Source of the DNA: Planctomycetota bacterium
GTDB taxonomy: Bacteria; Planctomycetota; Planctomycetia; Gemmatales; Gemmataceae
Reading direction: 5' to 3'
Assembly (NCBI GenBank): GCA_021324515.1
Contig: JAJPIY010000018.1
Span: forward strand, 1-24,392
Length of the DNA: 24,392 bases
In this document: piece after piece, positions 8,112-15,757 of the stretch
How the letters are laid out: every line of letters starts with the position of its first letter
Numbering within the stretch: position 1 is the first letter of the stretch
Program-made: the position numbers and the translations under genes
The notes under the pieces: generated by a model
What the model was told of the DNA's origin: nothing
Databases searched by the model: none
The model's input: only the letters and a program-made list of their open reading frames with translations

Positions 8112-8817
8112 GACTCTCCTCTTCTTTCTTCGTTGACGTTGGCGTGTTTTCTTCCAGGGGGCGGCGGCTGCGGAGCAGCGATTGCTCTTGGCGCCAGCGA
8201 GCGACGGCCCCATGATCGCCGCTGAGCAGCACGTCGGGCACGGCCATGCCGCGAAAGATCCGCGGCCGGGTGTACTGCGGATACTCCAGCCGGCCCGGAG
8301 TGTTGTGCGATTCCTCGGCCAAGCTCTGCGGATCGCCCAGCACCCCGGGTATGTAGCGTATTACTGTATCGATCACCACCATGGCCGGCACTTCGCCGCC
8401 ATTACAAATGTAGTCGCCGATCGATAGTTCGCGCGGCCGTAAGCCCAGACGGATGCGCTCGTCAAAGCCCTCGTAACGGCCGCACAATAACAAGAGACGC
8501 CGCTGTTGCGATAGCTCTTTTACCAAGGCTTGCCGCAGCCGTTCCCCGCTCGGCGTCAACAGGACGAGCAAGCCCGGCTCATCGGCTTGGGCGCGAACCG
8601 CTTCGACGGCCTCGAACACCGGTCCCGGCATCAACACCATGCCAGGGCCGCCTCCGAAAGGACGATCATCGACGCTCTTGTGTTTGCCCTTGGCCCAGTC
8701 GCGGATGTTCCACAGGTGGATCTCGACTAAGCCTTTCTGGATCGCCAGCTTCAAAAGGCTCTGCGTCAGATAACCCTGGAAAATCTCAGGGAACAGAGTC
8801 AACACGTCAAATCGCAT
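8068..8817 (-). CDS. trmD: tRNA (guanine37-N1)-methyltransferase
   Basis: ATG at 8817. [13 protein letters not shown]...[14 protein letters not shown]...[27 protein letters not shown] is the classic TrmD sequence. The C-terminal tail overlaps the rplS start by 44 nt (8068-8111). Confidence 0.95.
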   Translation of the reverse strand: MRFDVLTLFPEIFQGYLTQSLLKLAIQKGLVEIHLWNIRDWAKGKHKSVDDRPFGGGPGMVLMPGPVFEAVEAVRAQADEPGLLVLLTPSGERLRQALVKELSQQRRLLLLCGRYEGFDERIRLGLRPRELSIGDYICNGGEVPAMVVIDTVIRYIPGVLGDPQSLAEESHNTPGRLEYPQYTRPRIFRGMAVPDVLLSGDHGAVARWRQEQSLLRSRRPLEENTPTSTKKEEESHEKPTDRSSGGERS

Positions 8818-8855
8818 GGCATTCTGCCAGCCGGCTCATGTTTGGCCGTTTCGCC

Positions 8856-9152
8856 TCAAGCGGTCGGTGTCGGCGCCGTCGGGGCGGCCGTCGCCTGCTT
8901 TTGCACCTTCTTGCGATATTTCTTGATGAGCACCGCCACATGTTCCGACGGCTGAGCACCTACGCTGGTCCAGTAATCGACACGCTCGAGGTTTAGCTTC
9001 ACGCGTTCCTCGGTGTTTTTGACCATCGGATCGTAGGAACCAAGCTCCTCAATGACGCGGCCGTCACGCGGTTGACGGGCGTCGATGGCCACAATGCGAT
9101 AGTAGGGACGATGTTTACGTCCCATCTGCTTCATGCGAATACGAACAGCCAC
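8856..9152 (-). CDS. rpsP: 30S ribosomal protein S16
   Basis: The track ORF starts at a TTG (9167). The GTG at 9152 gives (M)AVRIRMKQMGRKHRPYYRIVAIDARQPRDGR.IE.LG.YDP, the canonical S16 N-terminus, with GGGAGA 4-5 nt upstream. TGA stop at 8856-8858. Confidence 0.92.
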   Translation of the reverse strand: MAVRIRMKQMGRKHRPYYRIVAIDARQPRDGRVIEELGSYDPMVKNTEERVKLNLERVDYWTSVGAQPSEHVAVLIKKYRKKVQKQATAAPTAPTPTA

Positions 9153-9177
9153 GGTTCTCCCTTTCAATCAATGAATT

Positions 9178-9259
9178 CTGGCGAGCGGGGTGTGTATTTC
9201 CTGGCGAGCGGGGTGTGGCAACACCCCGCTCGCCAGGAAATACACACCCCGCTCGCCAG
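9178..9259. repeat. 39-bp perfect inverted repeat (loop ggca) containing a tandem 23-nt unit, in the ffh-rpsP spacer
   Basis: Arms 9178-9216 (ctggcgagcggggtgtgtatttcctggcgagcggggtgt) and 9221-9259 are exact reverse complements. The unit ggcgagcggggtgtgtatttcct is repeated about 1.7x per arm. A degenerate third copy extends the symmetry to about 9171-9266. Confidence 0.9.
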
Positions 9260-9267
9260 GAAATACG

Positions 9268-10716
9268 CTACCTTCTCTTACGTTTCTTGCGCTCTCTGGC
9301 GCGCTCCTTGGGACTCTTGCGGTGTCCTGTGTCTCCTTTTTTAGTAAAGAGCTTCGCTCCTGGCTGGAACGCACCCATTTTGCTCATGTTGGTTACCATC
9401 TTGATGCGTTCCCAGATGCTCATGGTAGCCATCCGCCGCATGATCGTCCGCATCGCCTCAAATTGGGTGAGGAACTGCTTGATTTCATGCGGCTGGGTGC
9501 CGCTGCCGGCAGCGATCCGGCGGCGACGGTTGATGTCGATAATGTCCGGATTGCGCCGTTCCTCCTTGGTCATCGAATCGATCATGCCCTGGATGCGCCG
9601 GAACGCTATTTCCGGCTCCTCCCCCTCGGGAATCATTTCGCTCATACCAGGCATACTGCCGAGCAGTTCTTTCAGCGGTCCCATCTTCTTGAGCTGTTCG
9701 AACTGCTTGCGAAAGTCGTCGAGGGTGAAGTCTCCTTTCTCCAGCTTGCGCTGCTGCTCCAGTCGTTCCTCTTCCGTGAGTTTGGCCTGCACGTCGGCAA
9801 CCCGGCGCACGAGATCCATAATGTCGCCTTGGCCGAGAATGCGTTGGGCCATGCCTTCGGGCCGAAATTCCTCCAGACGGTCGAGCTTTTCGCCGACGCC
9901 GATGAATTTGATCGGCACCTGGGCGACCGACTTGATCGACAAGGCAGCGCCCCCGCGGGCGTCGCCGTCCATTTTGGTGAGGATGACGCCGTTGAGATCG
10001 AGGGCTTCGTTGAACGCCTTGGCGCTGTTGACGGCGTCCTGGCCGGTCATGGCGTCGCATACGAAATAGACCTGATCGGGCCGGCATTGGCGATCGATTT
10101 GCCGCAGTTCCTCCATAGGCATTTCCGCGACATGTAGCCGGCCGGCGGTGTCCAGAAGGAGGGTGTCGAAAAGGTTTTTCTTGGCGTAGTCGAGAGAGCG
10201 GCGGCAGACATCAACGGCGTTGGCGGGCGGCGCTTCGCTGTAGACGGGCACATCGATCTGTTCGCCGAGGACTTTCAATTGCTCGATGGCGGCGGGGCGC
10301 TGCAAGTCGGCGGCAACCAACAGCGGTTTACGGCCCCGTTGGCGCAGCATCAGGGCCAATTTGCCGGCCGTGGTCGTTTTGCCTTGGCCTTGCAGACCGC
10401 AGAGCATTATGACCGTAGGCCGGTCCTTGGCGAAGTGGAAGCTGGTATCGACCGGCCCCATCAGGGCGACCAGCTCATCGTAGACGATCTTGAAAATCTG
10501 TTCGCTGGGGTCGAGGGTGCGCAGCACTTGCTGGCCAATGGCGCGCTCCGTAACGCGCTGGACGAAATCATTAGCGACGGTGTAGTTGACGTCGGCATCG
10601 AGCAGGGCCTTACGGACCTCTTGCATGGCCTCACGGATGTTGGCCTCCGTGATGCGTCCCCGGCCGCGTAGGCGCTTCAGGGCTTCGCCGAGATTGCGTT
10701 GAATGCCTTCAAACAT
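9268..10716 (-). CDS. ffh: Signal recognition particle protein Ffh
   Basis: ATG at 10716 is preceded by GGAGAGGTGA. MFEGIQRNLGEALKRLRG...GLQGQGKTTTAGKLA (P-loop)...DTAGR...TKMDGDARGGAALS, followed by a Met-rich M domain (MGPLKELLGSMPGM). It has a lysine/arginine-rich C-terminal tail. Confidence 0.96.
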   Translation of the reverse strand: MFEGIQRNLGEALKRLRGRGRITEANIREAMQEVRKALLDADVNYTVANDFVQRVTERAIGQQVLRTLDPSEQIFKIVYDELVALMGPVDTSFHFAKDRPTVIMLCGLQGQGKTTTAGKLALMLRQRGRKPLLVAADLQRPAAIEQLKVLGEQIDVPVYSEAPPANAVDVCRRSLDYAKKNLFDTLLLDTAGRLHVAEMPMEELRQIDRQCRPDQVYFVCDAMTGQDAVNSAKAFNEALDLNGVILTKMDGDARGGAALSIKSVAQVPIKFIGVGEKLDRLEEFRPEGMAQRILGQGDIMDLVRRVADVQAKLTEEERLEQQRKLEKGDFTLDDFRKQFEQLKKMGPLKELLGSMPGMSEMIPEGEEPEIAFRRIQGMIDSMTKEERRNPDIIDINRRRRIAAGSGTQPHEIKQFLTQFEAMRTIMRRMATMSIWERIKMVTNMSKMGAFQPGAKLFTKKGDTGHRKSPKERARERKKRKRR

Positions 10717-10761
10717 ATTTTCACCTCTCCTCTCTGGGGCGCACAAGAGGAGAAAATTCGC

Positions 10762-10819
10762 AGCGGGGGGCGTAGACCCTCTGAGACATACTCATCTCAG
10801 AGGGCCTACGCCCCCCGCT
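10762..10819 (-). promoter_or_regulatory. 25-bp stem-loop in the ffh 5' leader (or terminator/attenuator of the upstream operon)
   Basis: Arms 10762-10786 and 10795-10819 with an 8-nt loop. The single imperfect position (10776/10805) is an A.C mismatch on the + strand but a G.U pair in minus-strand RNA. On the minus strand the stem is followed by gcgaaTTTTct. Confidence 0.6.
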
Positions 10820-10849
10820 CCGAATGCTGAAATCACCTCGCCTCCTCGC

Positions 10850-10879
10850 ATTATATAAAGCGAGAGGGACCGGTTGCAA
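10850..10879 (-). promoter_or_regulatory. Candidate sigma70-type promoter for ffh (TTGCAA-N18-TATAAT on minus strand)
   Basis: The reverse complement of 10850-10855 is TATAAT, and that of 10874-10879 is TTGCAA, with an 18-nt spacer. It lies 12 nt downstream of the cytidylate-kinase-like stop and upstream of the leader hairpin. Confidence 0.4.
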
Positions 10880-10890
10880 CGGCGTCTGCC

Positions 10891-11595
10891 TCAGGAAGGC
10901 GCCAGGGCCAGTTGGGCGGCGCGAGCGCGGGCGGCCTGAACAATTAATTCGGCGCAGACCTCTTCCCCCAACAGGCTCGAATTGAGGACCAAATCATAGT
11001 TGTGTACCTCGTTGGGATCGCAGTGAAAGTTGTTGGCCACGAACTCGCGGCGGCGTTCATCGCGCAGACGGACGCGCTCAGCCGCCTCCTCGAGGGACAG
11101 GCGCAGCCATTGACTCATGTAGGCGATACGTTCGCGTAAGGGGGCGATGACGCGGACGGTCAACGTCGTTTCGCGGGGCAGGACGCAGCCGGCCCCGCGG
11201 CCGATCAGCACGACCTGTCCTTGCGCTCCCAGCGCTAACACGACGCGGGCCAGGTTGACAATGGTGGGATGTTCGCTCAGGGCCTTCTGGTGGATCAACT
11301 GCTGCAAGCGTGCCTCGCCCCAATCGGCTGGAGTAGTCGGCGGTGCATCCAGCACGCCCTGTCTAGCGAGCGCTTCCTGGGCCATGTATTCGAGCAACTC
11401 CTGATCGTAGACTTGCCAACCGAGTTTGCGTCCGACCCGCCGGGCAATGGTGCCGCCGCGTGCGCCGGCTTCGCGGCTGAGGGCGATGGTCAACGCCGCG
11501 GGGCCCGAACGCGGGGGCGGCGGCGCGCCGCGGTCGCCCTGAAAACCGTGGTGCGGCGATTCCCGCGGTTCATCCGTGAGGGAAGGGGGGTGCAT
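10891..11595 (-). CDS. Cytidylate kinase-like family protein (Cytidylate_kin2-type, non-canonical P-loop)
   Basis: ATG at 11595, 15 nt after the upstream permease stop. LTIALSREAGARGGTIARRVGRKLGWQVYDQELL...VVLIGRGAG...VRVIAPLRERI...D..R..F....F...P.....YDLVLNS matches my recollection of the cytidylate-kinase-like family (ISRE.GSGG start). Confidence 0.65.
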   Translation of the reverse strand: MHPPSLTDEPRESPHHGFQGDRGAPPPPRSGPAALTIALSREAGARGGTIARRVGRKLGWQVYDQELLEYMAQEALARQGVLDAPPTTPADWGEARLQQLIHQKALSEHPTIVNLARVVLALGAQGQVVLIGRGAGCVLPRETTLTVRVIAPLRERIAYMSQWLRLSLEEAAERVRLRDERRREFVANNFHCDPNEVHNYDLVLNSSLLGEEVCAELIVQAARARAAQLALAPS

Positions 11596-11610
11596 GATTT
11601 GGCTCTCCCA

Positions 11611-12642
11611 TCACACCATTTCCTGATACTGCGCGCGCGAAAAGAGCACGACGCCGATCCCTAAAAAACCAAGGGTCAAGCCCAGCAGCACGGCCAAGGC
11701 GGTGGTCCCTTCCACCGGCAGGAAAACATCTGGCCTCTCCGGATGGATGCCGAAGGCGCTGGCCGCATCAAACATCATACAGCGCGTGTAGAAACCGATA
11801 CTAATGCGCTTCAAATAACCAGGCATGTTGCCCAAAATCACTTCCAGAAAGAAAGCGTAAACAATGGCGGCCACAGCGGGTCGCCGGAACCAAGCTCCCA
11901 GGAGATAGAACAGCGACGAGAACGCCAAAGTCGCCGCCAACACCGCCGGCCAATACAATTCAAAAGCCAATCTCCCTGGTCGGCCGCCTGCCAAACACAA
12001 CAAGCCGAATCCGCCCAGGCTCAGGCCCAGCGTCCACGGCAACAGGGCGACGAACTTGCCCAGGTAGATCGCCCAGCGCGGCAAGGGCCGGCTCAAAAGC
12101 CAGATCAAACAGTTGCTTTCGCGCTCGCCGCCCAGGGCCTCGGTAGCGAAGCTCAGATTGAACAGAGGCAACAAAAAGCTCAAAAACAATAAAAATACTC
12201 CCCAATGAGAAAAAATGGCGAAGCCAGAATATTCGACGACGCCCCGTACCGCCGCCGCCAACGCTGCCTGCACCCCCTGGCCGCCGGCCGAAGCGTCGGG
12301 CACGCTCATGACGATTTGCATGGCATCGGCCCATTGCAAGAAAGTCGGCCCCTGGCGGTACGGCCAGCGCCACGAGCGCATGCTCCAGGCGCCCTTCGCC
12401 GTGAAGATCGCCGCCAGCGCGGCGGCGAACGCCAGCAACCCCACGGCAATCCACACCATCTGCGACGCCCGCGCCTGCCGCTGCCAACTGAGCCATACCA
12501 GATAGCACCACGCCCGCATTCCAGACAAAGTGACAAGGTGAGCGGGGGGCGCAAGCCCTCCGCTCTCCGCGGGCATCCGGGGAGTTACGCCCCCTGCTCG
12601 CCCTAATGGTTGCCCCGTTTCCATGCAACACCACCTCTTCAC
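11611..12642 (-). CDS. ABC-2 type transporter permease (second pair)
   Basis: Multi-pass membrane protein. GGERESNCLIWLLSRPLPRWAIYLGKF is the typical ABC-2 permease loop motif. The track start at 12642 is a GTG that overlaps the upstream TGA (GTGA). Alternative ATGs lie at 12624 and further in, so the start is uncertain. Confidence 0.75.
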   Translation of the reverse strand: MKRWCCMETGQPLGRAGGVTPRMPAESGGLAPPAHLVTLSGMRAWCYLVWLSWQRQARASQMVWIAVGLLAFAAALAAIFTAKGAWSMRSWRWPYRQGPTFLQWADAMQIVMSVPDASAGGQGVQAALAAAVRGVVEYSGFAIFSHWGVFLLFLSFLLPLFNLSFATEALGGERESNCLIWLLSRPLPRWAIYLGKFVALLPWTLGLSLGGFGLLCLAGGRPGRLAFELYWPAVLAATLAFSSLFYLLGAWFRRPAVAAIVYAFFLEVILGNMPGYLKRISIGFYTRCMMFDAASAFGIHPERPDVFLPVEGTTALAVLLGLTLGFLGIGVVLFSRAQYQEMV

Positions 12643-13763
12643 GCCGAGCGACCGCGCAGCAGATAACCGAGCACGGCCTCGGTCGAATCGTCAAGCGTCT
12701 CCAGGCGCGCAATTTCGTACCATTCTTCGAGGACCAGGCGCGTCAATTCCTGGAAGAATCGTTGCGGGTTCCGCGCCCGCACCACCACCGGACCGACCGA
12801 CTCATCGGGCGGGGGGTCCAGCAGTTCGACCCCAACCACATCGCGCAGTTTCAACAATGCCGCCGCCAAGCGGCGCTGCTCAGGCCCTTGCGTGTGCTGC
12901 GGTCCTCTCTTGACATCGATGCGAATCCGCAGCGGGTGGTGGTCAAGGCGATCGCGAATTTGGGCCACCGTGCCGACGGCAGCGATGCGGCCGTGAGCCA
13001 TGATAGCGATGTGGTCGGTTAGTTTCTCCAGTTCCTCCAGTTCGTGGCTGGAAATAAGCAGACATTTGCCCCGAGCCGCCAGATCGCGGAAGAGGTGAAG
13101 GAACTCACAGCGGCCGACGGGATCAATGCCGCTAAGTGGTTCGTCGAGGACGAGCAGTTCGGGATCGTGCAGCAATGCCTGGGCCAGTTTGATGCGTTGC
13201 CGCATCCCCTTGGAGTAGCCGCGCAGGCAGCGCTCGGCCCGGCCGGCCATGCCGACGCGCTCCAGGGCGGCTTCGGTGCGTTTGCGAGCCTCGCGGCGTG
13301 GATAGCCGCACAGCCGGGCCATCGATTCGACAAACTGCCGCCCGGACATCTCCTCGTAGAAAGCATCCGTTTCCGGACAATAGCCGACATGTCGCCGTGC
13401 TGCCGTACTCCAGGCGTCGTGACCGTGGACCTGGATATGGCCCAGGTCGGGCCGCAGGCATCCTGTGATTAAGCGCAGGAGCGTGCTTTTGCCAGCCCCG
13501 TTGGCGCCCACCAGGCCCGTGATGCCCGAACGCAATTCCAAAGTCACCTGATTGACACCGATGACCGGACCATACCATTTGGAGACGCGCTGGCACAAAA
13601 GCAGAGGGGCATGGGGCAAGGGGTGAGGGGCCAGCAAAGCAGGCGTCGCCGACGGCAAAGGGAGCGATGCGGTCAAGGATTCCTTCACGCCGCGCCCCGC
13701 ACCTCTGACCCCTACTTCACGATCTCCACGGCCCGAATCCGGCGAACCAAGTAGATCAGGCAT
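12639..13763 (-). CDS. ABC transporter ATP-binding protein (second pair) with C-terminal accessory domain
   Basis: Walker A GANGAGKST, signature YSKGMRQR, Walker B LLVLDEP, H-loop SSHEL. The start is ambiguous: the ATG at 13763 overlaps the upstream permease by 52 nt, while the GTG at 13688 has GAGGTG about 11 nt upstream. Confidence 0.88.
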   Translation of the reverse strand: MPDLLGSPDSGRGDREVGVRGAGRGVKESLTASLPLPSATPALLAPHPLPHAPLLLCQRVSKWYGPVIGVNQVTLELRSGITGLVGANGAGKSTLLRLITGCLRPDLGHIQVHGHDAWSTAARRHVGYCPETDAFYEEMSGRQFVESMARLCGYPRREARKRTEAALERVGMAGRAERCLRGYSKGMRQRIKLAQALLHDPELLVLDEPLSGIDPVGRCEFLHLFRDLAARGKCLLISSHELEELEKLTDHIAIMAHGRIAAVGTVAQIRDRLDHHPLRIRIDVKRGPQHTQGPEQRRLAAALLKLRDVVGVELLDPPPDESVGPVVVRARNPQRFFQELTRLVLEEWYEIARLETLDDSTEAVLGYLLRGRSA

Positions 13764-14668
13764 AGCAGGCTTACTCCTCCCAGCACCAAGGCCGCATCAC
13801 CCCACGGCGGCTGATACCCCAGGCGCCTTTCCGACCACTGGACATTCAAGCATAGGCCGCCGATCAAGGAGACGTCGTTCCACAGGTCGATTAGCTTCCA
13901 GAGCGGGCTGAACTGTAGGCCGTCGACCAGCGCGGACGCCAATAAACGACAGAAGAAAAACAGCGTGGTCCACATCATGACGAGCGGCACCGTCCGCCGC
14001 AGCCAGCTCGCCGTCGCCAACAGCAGCAGCGTCAATGTCACGGTCAGCACTATGCCGTAACCGAGAATACCCACGAGAAGATCGAACCGCTCGTAAAAGT
14101 AGTCCCACGATTCGAGCAGGCCCCACTGCACGTAGAGAAGAAGGGCCGGCAGCGTCGTCATCAGGTTGATGAACACCGCTACGGCCAGGCCCTTGCCCAG
14201 CAGATAATGCCAGCGCGCCAGCGGTTTGGACAAATAAAAAGGCAGACTGCCGAAGCGCAGGTCGTTGCCGATGAGGATGGAGCCAGCCAGGGCCAAGACG
14301 ATCATGACCATGTAGCCCTGGTAGGAGAAGAAGTTGTAATACGTTTGTGCTCCGCCATCCAGCTTGAGCAGGCCGCGGAACAACTGGATCAGATGGCGTG
14401 GATTCATACGTCCCCAGCCGCCCATCTGCACTTCGGTTTCTCCCGCCTGCGTCTGCGCCCACGATAGCAGGTATTGGCCGAAGAAAAACAGCAAGAAGAT
14501 GAGCAATCCAAGGACGTAAATGATCCAAAACATCCTTTTTTGGAACAAACTCATCAGCGCCACGCGCGCGATCGGCCAAACACTGGCGGCAGGAGGGCGA
14601 AAGGCGCCGCGCCACGGTCGATAGTGCAGCAACTCAGGCGCCGCCGCCTGACTCCGACTCTCGCCCAT
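13712..14668 (-). CDS. ABC-2 type transporter permease-like membrane protein (first pair)
   Basis: The ATG at 14668 overlaps the upstream ATPase by 35 nt. N-terminal LHYRPWRG, then 6 or more hydrophobic segments. DLRFGSLPFYLSKPLARWHYLLGK resembles the ABC-2 permease loop. Confidence 0.7.
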   Translation of the reverse strand: MGESRSQAAAPELLHYRPWRGAFRPPAASVWPIARVALMSLFQKRMFWIIYVLGLLIFLLFFFGQYLLSWAQTQAGETEVQMGGWGRMNPRHLIQLFRGLLKLDGGAQTYYNFFSYQGYMVMIVLALAGSILIGNDLRFGSLPFYLSKPLARWHYLLGKGLAVAVFINLMTTLPALLLYVQWGLLESWDYFYERFDLLVGILGYGIVLTVTLTLLLLATASWLRRTVPLVMMWTTLFFFCRLLASALVDGLQFSPLWKLIDLWNDVSLIGGLCLNVQWSERRLGYQPPWGDAALVLGGVSLLCLIYLVRRIRAVEIVK

Positions 14669-15617
14669 GACGCCCCTCCTCGTTCAAGACGCGATGAAAC
14701 AACTCTTCGAGATCTTCATCGTCCGGCTGAATTCCGCGCAGCAGGACGTGATGATTGTCGGCCAGTGCGAAGAAGGCGCGGGTCACCCAGTTGGGTGGCA
14801 CGGCCACGCGCAGCTCGCCTCGTCCATTGTCGTGAAGGATGCGCACGCCTTCAAGGCGTAACTCTTCGCAGAAGGCGGTGGCTTCGCCCTGAATTTGCAA
14901 ACGGTAACGGTCATGACGACGGCGGCACAATTCAGCGACCCCCCCCTGTAACAGTAACTGGCCCTGGTGCAAAATCAGCACGGTATCGCAAACGCGCTCG
15001 ACATCGCCGAGCAGGTGCGTAGATAGCAACATCGCTTTGCCGTGCTCGCGGCCCAGGGTCAGCAGCAGACGCAGCATGGCGTCGCGGCCGGCGGGGTCGA
15101 GACCGCTGGTCGGCTCATCGAGTAGCAGCACCGGGGGATCGTGGACCAACGCCTGGGCCAGTTTGAGGCGCTGTTTCATGCCGGTGGAATATTCTTCCAG
15201 GCGGCGGTAGCGAGCCTCCTCCAATTCCAGATACGTGAGCACTTCGTGAGCGCGGCGTTGGGCCTCGCGGCGCGGCATGCCATACAATTCGCCCGCCAGG
15301 GCGACATACTCAGCCCCCCGTAGGCCCGGGATGAGGGCGTCGGCCTCCGGCATGTAACCGATGGCCCGGCGCAGGGCTGCGCTGTCTTCGCCGAGGGCAT
15401 GGCCCAGGACGCGCCCGCCGCCCGAAGAGGGCGGTAATAGGCCCAGCAGGATCTTGAGCAGTGTCGATTTGCCGGCCCCGTTGGGGCCCAGCAAACCGAT
15501 CCGCCCGGGTGCCAACTGAAAACTCACGTCGCGCAACGCCTGGAAAGGGCCGTACCAGTGGGACAGGTGACGCAGGGCGATCATCGCCTGGTTGTCGTTC
15601 GCGGTGATCGGACCCAT
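14634..15617 (-). CDS. ABC transporter ATP-binding protein (first pair) with C-terminal accessory domain
   Basis: The internal ATG at 15617 (MGPITANDNQAMIALRHLSHWYG) has AGGAG 5 nt upstream. Walker A GPNGAGKST, signature YSTGMKQR, Walker B LLLDEP, H-loop STHLL. Confidence 0.9.
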   Translation of the reverse strand: MGPITANDNQAMIALRHLSHWYGPFQALRDVSFQLAPGRIGLLGPNGAGKSTLLKILLGLLPPSSGGGRVLGHALGEDSAALRRAIGYMPEADALIPGLRGAEYVALAGELYGMPRREAQRRAHEVLTYLELEEARYRRLEEYSTGMKQRLKLAQALVHDPPVLLLDEPTSGLDPAGRDAMLRLLLTLGREHGKAMLLSTHLLGDVERVCDTVLILHQGQLLLQGGVAELCRRRHDRYRLQIQGEATAFCEELRLEGVRILHDNGRGELRVAVPPNWVTRAFFALADNHHVLLRGIQPDDEDLEELFHRVLNEEGRHGRESESGGGA

Positions 15618-15757
15618 GATTACTCCTGGCGCAGGGAATTCGCAGCGTTGGCGCGCTGCTTCGCCGCTGCGTTGTTTCCAACGCACTACCAAGCAGCGTT
15701 AACCATTTTAGCAAAGGGAGCAAGGCCTCTGTTTGGAGAGGAACCACAAAGGTGGTG

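Noticed and set aside
9072-9374. ORFs 9072-9344 (+) and 9168-9374 (-) in the ffh-rpsP spacer; also considered a mini CRISPR-like repeat
   Set aside because: Both ORFs give the same GERGVYFLASGV peptide because they read the two arms of the palindrome. The 23-nt unit occurs only about 2x per arm with no spacers, so this is not a CRISPR array.
9190-10137. 315-aa and 284-aa + strand ORFs antisense to ffh (and 9485-10087 in an alternative frame)
   Set aside because: The ffh frame is unambiguous (P-loop, DTAGR, TKMDGD, M domain). The others are GC-driven open frames.
11960-12712. 250-aa alternative-frame ORF and several + strand ORFs (11743-12192, 12205-12606) over permease 2
   Set aside because: Arg/Gly-rich with no motifs. 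The permease frame has TM segments and the ABC-2 loop motif.
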